From positions 51,273 through 115,272 of the forward strand of contig JBBTXG010000005.1 of the NCBI GenBank assembly GCA_038062375.1: a stretch of DNA of 64,000 nucleotides, in the 5' to 3' direction. The position numbers and the translations under genes are program-made. Below are positions 54,531 through 63,340 of this stretch, in pieces (position 1 is the first letter of the stretch; each line of letters begins with the position of its first letter). A model generated the notes under the pieces. That model saw only the letters and a program-made list of their open reading frames with translations, made no database searches and was not told where the DNA came from. Origin of the DNA: Patescibacteria group bacterium (GTDB lineage: Bacteria > Patescibacteriota > Minisyncoccia > Minisyncoccales > UBA10102).

Positions 54531-55580
54531 TTAGAACTGATGAAGAAACCGCAGATCTCCATTATAAAGAAGTCGAATATCGTTGATCTTATATTTCATC
54601 ATCGCCAAGCGGTCGAGTCCCATTCCAAATGCGAACCCCTGCCATTCTCCGGGAACATACCCCACTGCTCCAAACACATTTTGGTGCACCATTCCCGCTC
54701 CCATAATCTCAATCCATCCTGCATTCCCGCATCCCGAACAACCTTTCCCGCTGCAAAGCAAACAGGTCATATCAACCTCAAAGGAAGGTTCTGTAAACGG
54801 GAAATAGCTCGGCCGCAAACGAATCTTTACCAATGTTCCAAAAAACCTTCCAAAGAACTCTTGAATAATCGCCTTAAAGTTCCCCGCAGATACCGTTTTC
54901 CCCACCATCAGACCCTCCAGTTGATAAAAGTTAATCTCGTGTCGCGCGTCGGTTGCTTCATATCGAAAAATCCTGCCTGGCGCAATAATCCGCAAGGGCG
55001 GACTATGTTTTTCCATATATCGAATCTGCACCGGACTCGTATGGGTTCTCAATAACAATCTTTCTACTTTTCCGTCTTCTTTTGGAATTTTCTGGTTTCC
55101 TTTCAGCCAGAACGTATCCCACATATCCCTCGCGGGATGGTTCGGAGGAATATTCAAGGCATCGAAATTGTACCATTCCGATTCGATTTCTGGACCCTCT
55201 GCAACCTCAAATCCCATGGATTGAAAAATCTCTCGAGCGGTTCTCTGAACTTGAGTTAAAGGATGTAAATGCCCAACTGCTATTCTCTTGCCAGGAGCCG
55301 TCACATCAATCCATTCTTCTTTTCCTCCTCTCTCTGTTTCTGCTCTTTGGATTTCTCTTTTTCTTGCCTCGCATCTCTCCTCGAACCACGTTCGCAGCTC
55401 GTTTGCTTCCTGCCCGAGCCTTCGTCTCTCCTCCCCACTTCGCGTTCCAAGCGACCTTAAAATCGTTGTGAGCTCTCCTTTTCTTCCCAAGTATGTGCGA
55501 AAAATTACATCTATTTCTTTGCGGCTTGGAGCCGATTCAATCGCTTTTTTTGCTTTTTCCTTGAGTAAGTTAAGATCCAT
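54531..55580 (-). CDS. pheS: phenylalanyl-tRNA synthetase alpha subunit
   Basis: 349 aa. HPLTQV..., PARDMWDTFW and FRYEATDARHEINFYQLEG class II motifs. Confidence 0.96.
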   Translation of the reverse strand: MDLNLLKEKAKKAIESAPSRKEIDVIFRTYLGRKGELTTILRSLGTRSGEERRRLGQEANELRTWFEERCEARKREIQRAETERGGKEEWIDVTAPGKRIAVGHLHPLTQVQRTAREIFQSMGFEVAEGPEIESEWYNFDALNIPPNHPARDMWDTFWLKGNQKIPKEDGKVERLLLRTHTSPVQIRYMEKHSPPLRIIAPGRIFRYEATDARHEINFYQLEGLMVGKTVSAGNFKAIIQEFFGRFFGTLVKIRLRPSYFPFTEPSFEVDMTCLLCSGKGCSGCGNAGWIEIMGAGMVHQNVFGAVGYVPGEWQGFAFGMGLDRLAMMKYKINDIRLLYNGDLRFLHQF

Positions 55581-55689
55581 GATATTCCTTTATTCTATCT
55601 TACTTCCATCCCCAAATCAACCCGTGCATGCAAAAGAAATATGCGGTAGCGAAACCGCAGAAGTTTATGAGGTCCGATTCTTATAGCCC

Positions 55690-56412
55690 TTAGGCTAGTT
55701 GAGAGGTGAGTTTCAGAGCTACTCTTTTTATATTTTCTACCCCTTCTTCCTTGTAAAGAGCACTTCCCACAATAGCATGCCACCTATCGCCTGCTACTTT
55801 GCCCGTTGCGGAAATATCTCCCCCTTGAGATATAAACCCCGGAGCGTAGAGTGTGAAATTTCCTGCTCCAAGATTTTCTTGAAACATTTGCGAATAACGC
55901 TTAACTGACTCGGGCTTGTTTCCTGGTACCACGAAATCTCTTACTCCCGACTCCATCGCTATTCTGTATATCTGTTCTGGCGCTGAATGAGCGATAAAAC
56001 CTCCATCGCTCTCCAAGAATCCCTCTTGAGTCATCTCGCCCCCTACCAAGACGACGAGTCCTTCATCCTGTAGGTAAGAAATCCATTCTCTTTCTGTGAC
56101 CCTTCCGCCAAATGGAAAAAGAATCGCTGCATCAACCTTTGCCCGTCTTAATACCTGCGCAAAGTTTTTGCCAAAGGCCGGAATATCAGTACCTCCTTTC
56201 TGGTGATCATAGATTATGGGAAGATCTGTTACGCTCCTTATGGTATCTACTACCTTTCGGAGACCGAACTCAAGCCCAAGTTCAGCTCCAATCTTCAAAG
56301 CACCCACACCCGGAACTTCGCATGTGCCACGAACAAGTTCTTCTAACTTATCTAATGTAGATACATCGCATGAAGGAATGAGGCTTTTTTGCAGAGAAAT
56401 CAGAGTTTTCAT
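55690..56412 (-). CDS. pyrF: orotidine 5'-phosphate decarboxylase (short/archaeal-like type), native GC content
   Basis: 240 aa. By eye it aligns to short OMPDCs: LIPSCDV, LKIGAEL, IIYDHQKGGTDIP (D-x-K-x-x-D), LYAPGFISQGGD, AIVGSALY. Confidence 0.7.
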   Translation of the reverse strand: MKTLISLQKSLIPSCDVSTLDKLEELVRGTCEVPGVGALKIGAELGLEFGLRKVVDTIRSVTDLPIIYDHQKGGTDIPAFGKNFAQVLRRAKVDAAILFPFGGRVTEREWISYLQDEGLVVLVGGEMTQEGFLESDGGFIAHSAPEQIYRIAMESGVRDFVVPGNKPESVKRYSQMFQENLGAGNFTLYAPGFISQGGDISATGKVAGDRWHAIVGSALYKEEGVENIKRVALKLTSQLA

Positions 56413-56419
56413 TGTTCAG

Positions 56420-56494
56420 CGGGCCCGAAGGGACTTGAACCCTCGATCTTCTCCGTGACAGGGAGACGACCACTCCAGACTGGTCCGCGGGCCC
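56420..56494 (-). tRNA. tRNA-Asp (GTC)
   Basis: Acceptor GGGCCCG/CGGGCCC, anticodon loop CTGTCAC, T arm GAGGG-TTCAAGT-CCCTT. Confidence 0.85.
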
Positions 56495-56573
56495 ATCCAA
56501 TACACTGTACCTTTATGTATTTATTATACAACTCCGCTCGAACGCATTTATGGTGAGCGAAGTCGAATCCACT

Positions 56574-57311
56574 TTACCAAAAATTCAGGCAGTTGAGAAG
56601 TGGCACGTCACATTTCTCCACGTAGCCGCCCTGCGCGCCGATGCCAGGAATGAGAATCGGCATGTCGCCGACGAGTCCGCGAACTTTGTGGAGTTCATCG
56701 GGATACGTTGCGCCGACGACGAGCGCGCAGTTGCCGTTCTTGTTCCACTCACTTGCCACGCGGCGCGCGACGAAGCGATAGAGCGGCTCACCGTTCACGG
56801 ACAAGTCCTGAAACTCGCCCGCGCCTGGATTGGAAGTGCGGCAGAGTACGATGACGCCTTTCTCCGCTCGCGCGAGGAACGGTTGAAGCGCTTCGGCTCC
56901 GAGATACGGGTGAACCGTGATTGCGTCCGCTCGCAGGAAGTCGAACGCCGCATCCACGTAACCCGTATTGGTGTTGCCGATGTCGGCGCGCTTGGCGTCG
57001 AGAATCACCGGAACATCCGGCGCAATGGCGTGAATGTCCGCGATGGTGCGTTGCAGAGCCACGATGCCTTCCGCGCCGTGCGCCTCGTAAAACGCGGCGT
57101 TCGGCTTGTAGGCGCACACGAGGTCCTTCGTCGCTTCCACGATTGCGCGATTGAACGCGACGATGGTGTTGCCTTCGTGAACCGCACACTCATTGCCGCC
57201 TACGCGCGCGGACTCGGGAATTTTGCCGAACTCGCTGTCGAGTCCGACGCAGACGAAGTTACCGCGAGACCATTGGGCCTCCAGCATTTGCCTGAAGTTT
57301 CGATCATTCAT
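56574..57311 (-). CDS. pyrF: orotidine 5'-phosphate decarboxylase, type 2 (GC-rich, likely horizontally acquired)
   Basis: 245 aa. VCVGLDSE, AYKPNAAFYEAHG, ILDAKRADIGNT, TVHPYLG, LCRTSNPGAGEFQDL, PGIGAQGG. SD GGAGGAcagcgaaATG. A GC-rich sequence that produces long shadow ORFs on the opposite strand. Confidence 0.88.
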   Translation of the reverse strand: MNDRNFRQMLEAQWSRGNFVCVGLDSEFGKIPESARVGGNECAVHEGNTIVAFNRAIVEATKDLVCAYKPNAAFYEAHGAEGIVALQRTIADIHAIAPDVPVILDAKRADIGNTNTGYVDAAFDFLRADAITVHPYLGAEALQPFLARAEKGVIVLCRTSNPGAGEFQDLSVNGEPLYRFVARRVASEWNKNGNCALVVGATYPDELHKVRGLVGDMPILIPGIGAQGGYVEKCDVPLLNCLNFW

Positions 57312-57420
57312 TTCGCTGTCCTCCTATCCTTTTCGGTTGGGAATGTACGATTTAAGCCCAACAATCGAGCTTAATACCAAAATCACATTAGCTCAAATGT
57401 CAAGAATAATCAAGCCAAAA

Positions 57421-57447
57421 CGAAAAAAGAAACTCGCAGAGTTTCTT
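57421..57447 (-). terminator. intrinsic terminator downstream of the tRNA pair
   Basis: Minus strand AAGAAACTC-tgc-GAGTTTCTT followed by TTTTTCGTTTT. Confidence 0.55.
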
Positions 57448-57533
57448 TCAAATTTCTTATCAGTTTTTCTTTTTGATGTCGGCGCTCCGCGCGTCCACGG
57501 AAAAAATTGGCGTTGTTGCGAAAAGTCAGATTC

Positions 57534-57609
57534 TGGTGCCGACGGCAGGATTCGAACCTGCGGCCTTGGCCTTATGAAGGCCCTGCTCTAACCACTGAGC
57601 TACGCCGGC
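57534..57609 (-). tRNA. tRNA-Met (CAT), elongator-like (Ile2/lysidine not excluded); CCA encoded
   Basis: Acceptor GCCGGCG/CGTCGGC with a G1-C72 pair, anticodon loop TTCATAA, T arm GCAGG-TTCGAAT-CCTGC, 3' ACCA. Confidence 0.85.
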
Positions 57610-57628
57610 TTTCTGAAGATTTAATATG

Positions 57629-57699
57629 ATGCGGGGGCCCGATTCGCACGGGCGCCTCAAGGTTATGGGCCTCGTATGGTACTACTCCACCACCCCGCA
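57629..57699 (-). tRNA. non-canonical CAT-anticodon tRNA or tRNA-like gene
   Basis: The cloverleaf folds: acceptor TGCGGGG/CCCCGCA, D stem GTGG/CCAT, anticodon stem CGAGG/CCTTG, T stem GCCCG/CGGGC. However, the anticodon loop is CCCATAA (C33) and the T loop is TGCGAAT (G55). Confidence 0.55.
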
Positions 57700-57752
57700 C
57701 GTCTTGCGGTCGCAAGAAATGCTTCCTTTCCATCTTATTCCTATCACGGAAC

Positions 57753-58274
57753 TTATATCAAATCAAGCGCTCGAAATGCAATTTCATAGCGTTCTAACAA
57801 TTTTTTTGCTTCAAGCAGGCTAAGCCTATAGGAAGGATCGTATACAATGTTGTTGCGAATTCGCTGCACTTCTTGAAGATCTGCAAGATTAGGAACCATC
57901 ATCGGGCTCAAATTACCCAGACGGTCATCTAACGTTTCCCCCCGGATATTCAATTTCTTCAACGCATCATCAAGAAGCGTATTTGCCTCCATGACGGCAA
58001 GCTTGTATTGGGTTTCGTTCCCTGTTTCCACGCGCCTGACGATCTCTCTCCATCTTTTTTTTCCAATCTTTCGGAATCCATACGGCCGAAACGAAACAAA
58101 CTCTCCGATATCTACAAAAAAGCTAAAATGGCGCCAGCTTGTTCCGAACATTCCAAAGATAATCATCGCGGCAAAGAGCACACCCACAAGAATGAAAGGG
58201 ATTTTAACGAAAATCAATTTGTCTTGGATTGCAGGAGAGTTGATTTGAGAAACAAGTTGAAGAATGGTGTCCAT
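57753..58274 (-). CDS. hypothetical membrane protein
   Basis: 173 aa. One TM helix near the N-terminus. No family recognised. Confidence 0.55.
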   Translation of the reverse strand: MDTILQLVSQINSPAIQDKLIFVKIPFILVGVLFAAMIIFGMFGTSWRHFSFFVDIGEFVSFRPYGFRKIGKKRWREIVRRVETGNETQYKLAVMEANTLLDDALKKLNIRGETLDDRLGNLSPMMVPNLADLQEVQRIRNNIVYDPSYRLSLLEAKKLLERYEIAFRALDLI

Positions 58275-58277
58275 ACC

Positions 58278-59717
58278 TTATGAAATCTTCTCAAACATCT
58301 TTCCTACTTGAAAAAGGAGGTGTTCAGAAAATGCAGGGGCGATCAGTTGCAGGCCTACCGGAAGATTCTGCACATTTCCTGCCGGTATCGAAAGCCCAGG
58401 AATTCCTGCCAAGTTCACTGGCACGGTATACATATCAACCAAATACATTGATAAAGGATTTTCAATCTTTTCCCCGATCTTAAATGGAAGAACTGGGCTT
58501 ACCGGCCCTACAATCACATCCACTTTCTGGAATGCTTGCTCGAAGTCTTGCTTGAGAAGTGTTCGAATCTTTTGCGCCTTTGTGTAATAGGCGTCATAAT
58601 ATCCGGCAGACAATGCGTAGGCACCAAACACAATTCGCCGTTTTACTTCAGGGCCAAACCCTTCTCCTCTCCTCTCAAGATAGATATCAAGCAAACTGAC
58701 ATTTGGCATTTGATGCTTCGTGCCTGCTGTTCCATATCTCATACCATCATATCGTGCGAGATTCGCAGATGCTTCAGAGCTATTAATAATATAATACACC
58801 GCTAATGCGTAAGGCGCATGGGGAAGAGTTATTTCCTCCACTTTTGCGCCCGCGGCCTCAAATTTCGCGATGGCATTCTTTATCACTTGTTCTACTTGGG
58901 GCATCAATCCTTCCTTAAAGTATTCCCGGGGAACACCAATGCGTAAATCTTGCGGGTCACAGTTTCTCGATTGAAGGTTGGAGGGAAAATCGACCGATGT
59001 TGAGTCAAACGGATCTCTCCCCTTCAAAGCATTAAATAAAATCTCGCAATCTTCTACTGTTTTTGCAAGGGGACCGATTTGATCTAATGAAGATGCCAAT
59101 GCAATGAGGCCATATCTTGAAACTGCGCCATACGTGGGTTTTAATCCCACAATCCCGCAAAAGGAAGCGGGAAGCCGAATGGAACCCCCCGTGTCTCCTC
59201 CGAGCGCAACAACAACCTCATCTGCCGCAACACTCGCTGCCGAACCCCCGGAACTTCCTCCTGCCACCCTGCTCAAATCATGAGGATTTCTGGTGGGCCC
59301 GAATGCGGAATTTTCCGTCGAAGAACCCATACTAAACTCATCGGTATTGGTCTTGCCCATCAGAAGTACTCCCTGTTCGCGGAGCCTTTGAACCACTGTT
59401 GCGTTATAGGGAGCCACATAATCTTCGAGCATATGAGACCCCGCGGTGCATCTCGCTCCTTTTACCAATATCGAATCTTTGATCGCACAGGGAATTCCAG
59501 CCAACAAAGGGAGCGACTGCCCTTCTTTCACTTTCTTGTCGATTTCTTTTGCCTGCTGGAAAGCAAGTTCGGGCATAATGGTTATAAACGCATGGAGATC
59601 TTTTTCACGTTCTTGGATATGGCTAAGAAAAAGTTGCGCGAGTTCCAGCGCAGAAATTTCTCTTTGCTCAAGTTTTTCATGAATCTGTTTGATTGAGACT
59701 CCAAATAAAGAATCCAT
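58278..59717 (-). CDS. gatA: Glu-tRNA(Gln) amidotransferase subunit A
   Basis: 479 aa amidase signature: GGSSGGSAASVAADEVVVALGGDTGGSIRLPASFCG. Confidence 0.96.
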   Translation of the reverse strand: MDSLFGVSIKQIHEKLEQREISALELAQLFLSHIQEREKDLHAFITIMPELAFQQAKEIDKKVKEGQSLPLLAGIPCAIKDSILVKGARCTAGSHMLEDYVAPYNATVVQRLREQGVLLMGKTNTDEFSMGSSTENSAFGPTRNPHDLSRVAGGSSGGSAASVAADEVVVALGGDTGGSIRLPASFCGIVGLKPTYGAVSRYGLIALASSLDQIGPLAKTVEDCEILFNALKGRDPFDSTSVDFPSNLQSRNCDPQDLRIGVPREYFKEGLMPQVEQVIKNAIAKFEAAGAKVEEITLPHAPYALAVYYIINSSEASANLARYDGMRYGTAGTKHQMPNVSLLDIYLERRGEGFGPEVKRRIVFGAYALSAGYYDAYYTKAQKIRTLLKQDFEQAFQKVDVIVGPVSPVLPFKIGEKIENPLSMYLVDMYTVPVNLAGIPGLSIPAGNVQNLPVGLQLIAPAFSEHLLFQVGKMFEKIS

Positions 59718-59718
59718 G

Positions 59719-60006
59719 TTAGAATACCGACTTTACTTTGAGAAATCCATCTTTCTGTTCAGGAGCCATTCCAAGAAGTTTCTGCACAACTTCTGGGTCT
59801 GCTTTTCTTGGTTCATCTTCCCGAAGCACATTTTTCACTTCGATCGAATGGGTCAAAGGTTCTACGCTTAAAACATCCACTTCTTGCAAGATCGTAAAAT
59901 AGTCTAAAACTTGGGAAAGTTCTTTCTGAAATTTCTCAACTTGCTCTCGGCTTAATTGAATCCTCGCAAGCTTTGCAATGTGTTGGACCTCTTCCTTTGT
60001 AATCAT
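59719..60006 (-). CDS. gatC: Asp/Glu-tRNA amidotransferase subunit C
   Basis: ATG MITKEEVQHIAKLARIQLSREQVEKFQKELSQVLDYF, immediately upstream of gatA. Confidence 0.9.
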   Translation of the reverse strand: MITKEEVQHIAKLARIQLSREQVEKFQKELSQVLDYFTILQEVDVLSVEPLTHSIEVKNVLREDEPRKADPEVVQKLLGMAPEQKDGFLKVKSVF

Positions 60007-60047
60007 GGTATGTGCCACTATACCATACATTTTCCCATGTGAAAACT

Positions 60048-60073
60048 GAAAGCCCCCCACGTGGGGGGCTTTC
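60048..60073 (-). terminator. perfect 26-nt palindrome terminator
   Basis: GAAAGCCCCCCACGTGGGGGGCTTTC, followed on the minus strand by AGTTTTC. Lies downstream of the small zinc-ribbon gene. Confidence 0.65.
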
Positions 60074-60093
60074 ACCGCTCTCTTAAGGTGTAC

Positions 60094-60261
60094 TTACTTG
60101 GCTTCCATAGACAGAATCCTAAACATGCCTGTCCCGCATACCGGACACGATCCCTTCATAGCAGGTCTTGTGCCTCCCCCTTTTTTCTTTATTTCAGTCT
60201 TCTCTTCGTTTCTCATCTCCCTTTTTGTCTTGCATTTGACGCAATAAGCTTCTGTTGCCAT
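60094..60261 (-). CDS. small zinc-ribbon protein (DUF5679-like)
   Basis: ATG MATEAYCVKCKTKREMRNEE...GSCPVCGTGMFRIL (CxxC...CxxC). 55 aa. Confidence 0.55.
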   Translation of the reverse strand: MATEAYCVKCKTKREMRNEEKTEIKKKGGGTRPAMKGSCPVCGTGMFRILSMEAK

Positions 60262-60397
60262 AGAGAAAAAGTTAATAAAATATCCCGTGACCTTTAGAAA
60301 CTGTATCCTCCGTAGGATTTGAGTTATCTTGGTATAGCTTAAAAGAACCAAAAGGAATAGTCAATCTTATCACGTTTCCTCTAAAAATCAAGGGGAT

Positions 60398-61210
60398 TTA
60401 TACAAACGCAGAAAGAATGGTGAAAAACGCGAATAGGAGCACAAAGTAGCCAAAGTTGAACTTTCGAGCGAGCGTAAGCAAAACGTGGATTGCCAGCAAA
60501 CCAAAAAAGAAAGAGAAGAGAACTCCCCACAGAGCTGTTGGGGTGAACGCAAGAGCGGTATTATGGAACAGAATGTTTGCGCCCAACACCGCCGGAAGGC
60601 TCATGAGAAAACTCAAACGCAAAGCTGTCTCATCGTCGAATTTTCGCAGCAAGAGCGCGGAAACCGTCAAACCAGATCGAGAGAGACCCGGCAACGCCGA
60701 AAATCCCTGGAGCACGCCCAACAACACTCCGTCTCCATCGTTCAGATCCTTTGCGCTCTTTACCTTTACCCCTCCTTTTTTTGCTTTGATTTGAACAAAC
60801 GCGGTTCCAAGAAGCAAAATGCCTATCCCGAATGTAAGAATTTCTGTAATGTTCAACGATTGGGCATCGACCGCTCGAATAAATCCCTCAAGCACAAAAA
60901 ATCCGATAATGCCAGTCAGAAGCGTTGACACAAAAAGAAACCGAAAAATCTTCTTTGTCTCCGGATTTGCTTTGTGGAAAGCAAACAGCGCTTTCGCTAA
61001 CAAAAGCACATCCTTCCTCAAATAAAGGAGTGCAGCCGCAAACGTCCCCAGGTGCAAGAAAAAGGCAAACTCAATCATCGCTCGCGCGCTTTCTCCTTGC
61101 GAGAAAAAGTTGGTCTTCACCAATACCAAAATTCCTTCCGAACTTATCGGCAGCCATTCGGTTACTCCCTGGATAATTCCCAAAACGATTCCTTCGAACA
61201 TACCTTCCAA
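60398..61210 (-). CDS. uppP: undecaprenyl-diphosphate phosphatase
   Basis: 270 aa polytopic membrane protein. GIIQGVTEWLPISSEGILVL and PGLSRSGLTVSALL motifs. Confidence 0.93.
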   Translation of the reverse strand: MEGMFEGIVLGIIQGVTEWLPISSEGILVLVKTNFFSQGESARAMIEFAFFLHLGTFAAALLYLRKDVLLLAKALFAFHKANPETKKIFRFLFVSTLLTGIIGFFVLEGFIRAVDAQSLNITEILTFGIGILLLGTAFVQIKAKKGGVKVKSAKDLNDGDGVLLGVLQGFSALPGLSRSGLTVSALLLRKFDDETALRLSFLMSLPAVLGANILFHNTALAFTPTALWGVLFSFFFGLLAIHVLLTLARKFNFGYFVLLFAFFTILSAFV

Positions 61211-61337
61211 CTCATTCTACTCCAAAAGCTCTTGGAGCACTTTTATACGTCTCTCGCCTTGAATTCTTTTATGAAGAGTGTTATAAAGAATATAGGTCGA
61301 TGCCAGCTTGATAAAAATAATCATGTATGCCACAAAT

Positions 61338-61517
61338 ATGAAACAAATAGCGTGCCGCGATTTAGGAATGGATTGTAATTTTGTCGTCACCGGAGAGACC
61401 ATCGAAGAAATCATGCAAAAAGGAATGGAACACGGGAAAGAAGTGCATGCAATGACTGATGAGGACTTTACCCCTGAAATGGCAGAAAAGATGAAAGCCG
61501 TAGTGAAAGACGTATAA
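61338..61517 (+). CDS. DUF1059-family small metal-binding protein
   Basis: MKQIACRDLGMDCNFVVTGETIEEIMQKGMEHGKEVH. 59 aa. Confidence 0.7.
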   Translation: MKQIACRDLGMDCNFVVTGETIEEIMQKGMEHGKEVHAMTDEDFTPEMAEKMKAVVKDV

Positions 61518-61528
61518 GAATCTCTCCG

Positions 61529-61566
61529 AAAGCCAACCCTTCTTAACTGGGTTGGCTTTATTTTTG
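61529..61566 (+). terminator. intrinsic terminator between convergent genes
   Basis: AAAGCCAACCC-ttcttaact-GGGTTGGCTTT followed by ATTTTTG. Confidence 0.7.
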
Positions 61567-61569
61567 CGT

Positions 61570-62553
61570 TCATACTTTCCAAATCCTCTCCCGGCGCCCT
61601 TCCACTTCTTTCTTTTGAATTTCTACTTTGTATCTTTCGAAATTCCACTTCTCAAAAAATTCTTTTGCCGCATTTACTCCGCTTTGGTACAATGCCTCTT
61701 TTCTTTCTTTGGTAATCTCAAACTCTGTTGTTTGGATTCCCAGCGTGGGAATGGGAATAGTCCGCATGAAATTTGCATCTTTAATGTACCTTGCGTCGTG
61801 CGCCTCCATCATTGTTGAAAAGAGAGCAGCGAAAAGGGTTACGGGACCCCTTATCGCGTGAGGTCGAGCTTCAGGTTCTACAAGTTTATATCCCAATGTA
61901 GGCCAGGGAGAACCATACTCGTCATCATCATAAATCCATACCGGGAAATTGCTTAAAATACCTCCATCTACGATGTAATGCGGTGTTCCTTTCCTGTCCT
62001 TCAGCACAACTGGTCTGTAGAAAAAAGGAAGGCTCATGCTCATGCGCACTGCACGAGCGACATTAAGCTCGTCGGGATCCCAGCCATAGTCTGCGATATC
62101 TTCTGGCAATATTACTAAGTTGCCCTTTGTAATATCAGATACAATGACGGAAAGCTTGTAGCGATACCGAAGATCTCCCTGATGCTCCGGGATCACCAGG
62201 TCAGAAAATGTATGGATGTTCTTTGCTTCCAGAAGCTTTCGTATCCATTGCTCGAAAAAATCTCCTTCATAAATTCCTTTCGTTAAGAACAAACTCACGA
62301 GGGACCCCACCATGGGAATATAATCCTCTGGTCCCTTATCTTTGAACTTGAGATAATCAAGCCCGTCGAGAATTTCTTTCATTTCCTTTGCCTTGTACCC
62401 TGCGGCGACAAACGCGGCAACAATTGCTCCGGCCGAAGTTCCTGCGACATGTACAAATTCGTACCCGAGTTCTTCTCCAACTGCAATTGCTCCCACCAAA
62501 CCCGTCCCCTTCACTCCCCCGCCCTCAAACACGCCATTGAGTTTTTTCTTCAT
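61570..62553 (-). CDS. patatin-like phospholipase
   Basis: GVFEGGGVKGTGLVGA (oxyanion), GTSAG (GxSxG) and a DGG motif. Confidence 0.9.
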   Translation of the reverse strand: MKKKLNGVFEGGGVKGTGLVGAIAVGEELGYEFVHVAGTSAGAIVAAFVAAGYKAKEMKEILDGLDYLKFKDKGPEDYIPMVGSLVSLFLTKGIYEGDFFEQWIRKLLEAKNIHTFSDLVIPEHQGDLRYRYKLSVIVSDITKGNLVILPEDIADYGWDPDELNVARAVRMSMSLPFFYRPVVLKDRKGTPHYIVDGGILSNFPVWIYDDDEYGSPWPTLGYKLVEPEARPHAIRGPVTLFAALFSTMMEAHDARYIKDANFMRTIPIPTLGIQTTEFEITKERKEALYQSGVNAAKEFFEKWNFERYKVEIQKKEVEGRRERIWKV

Positions 62554-63275
62554 TCGATATCTTTGAGCCGATCTTGATTTTCAAAGACTGCGTCTGCAAA
62601 TTCCCAAAAACCTTCATTTCCCTTCTGCTCTGCTATACATTCTGAAGCCTCGGCGGCAGGCGTTGCTTGCGGGTGAATCTGATCAAGCGGAAAATGCTTG
62701 TACACCCATCTCACCTTATCTCCGTATTCTTGGAGGGCCTGCTGAACCGTAGGATGAAATCTTGCGCAAAATGGGCATTGAAAATCTGAAAATTCTACAA
62801 GAGTAACAGGAGCATTGAAACTTCCTCGAATGTGATCATTCTCGGTAACCGTCACTCCCGCGGGAAGGCCACCATTTTTCTTCTGTAACGCAGACTCGAT
62901 CAACGCTTTGAGCTGTTCATAAGGAATCGCTCCCTGCAGAGGAGTACTATTCACAAAACCTCCGGGCGTTCCTCCAATTCCTAATTCTAAACCTTCCTTC
63001 TGATCTTTTTCTACTCTCTCTTTGTACTTTCGCTCCGCGACACAGGCATTGAACTGATCAAGATTAAGTCCCATGCGCTTGGCAGTTTCCTCGTAGAAAT
63101 TCTTCCCCTGCTGACCAGTCTGAATCCCTGACTGCTTTAACGAAACTCCCTTCCCCTTGATCCCTCCATTCGCGTATAAAATAGTTCCCGCAATAATCAC
63201 TGCTCCTATAAGAATCGCGGCTGGAATATAAAGTTTTGATGGATTCGTTTGAGATTGGGGTTTATTTTCTTCCAT
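62550..63275 (-). CDS. membrane-anchored DsbA/thioredoxin-fold thiol:disulfide oxidoreductase
   Basis: 241 aa. TM helix, then FSDFQCPFCARFHP (CPFC active site). Confidence 0.8.
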   Translation of the reverse strand: MEENKPQSQTNPSKLYIPAAILIGAVIIAGTILYANGGIKGKGVSLKQSGIQTGQQGKNFYEETAKRMGLNLDQFNACVAERKYKERVEKDQKEGLELGIGGTPGGFVNSTPLQGAIPYEQLKALIESALQKKNGGLPAGVTVTENDHIRGSFNAPVTLVEFSDFQCPFCARFHPTVQQALQEYGDKVRWVYKHFPLDQIHPQATPAAEASECIAEQKGNEGFWEFADAVFENQDRLKDIE

Positions 63276-63340
63276 AAAGATACATACAAGTGAGTTATTA
63301 GTTATGCTTTATATATTGTAAAACTCGTTCCCCATTTCAG

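Noticed and set aside
56550-57374. 274-aa plus-strand ORF and several other long ORFs across the GC-rich segment
   Set aside because: These are shadow ORFs typical of high-GC coding DNA. Only the minus-strand frame gives recognisable OMP decarboxylase motifs and has an SD.
57808-57830. A fourth copy of the AGGCTTAGCCT palindromic element (AGGCTAAGCCT at about 57817)
   Set aside because: It lies inside CDS 57753..58274, lacks the GTGC/GCAC outer arms, and has the inverted central triplet. It is probably a chance palindrome.
61570-62553. Patatin-like phospholipase as a CBASS-type defence effector
   Set aside because: No cyclase/nucleotidyltransferase, E1/E2/JAB or other CBASS partner is adjacent. 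Its neighbours are a DsbA-like oxidoreductase and trxB, so it is treated as an ordinary lipase.
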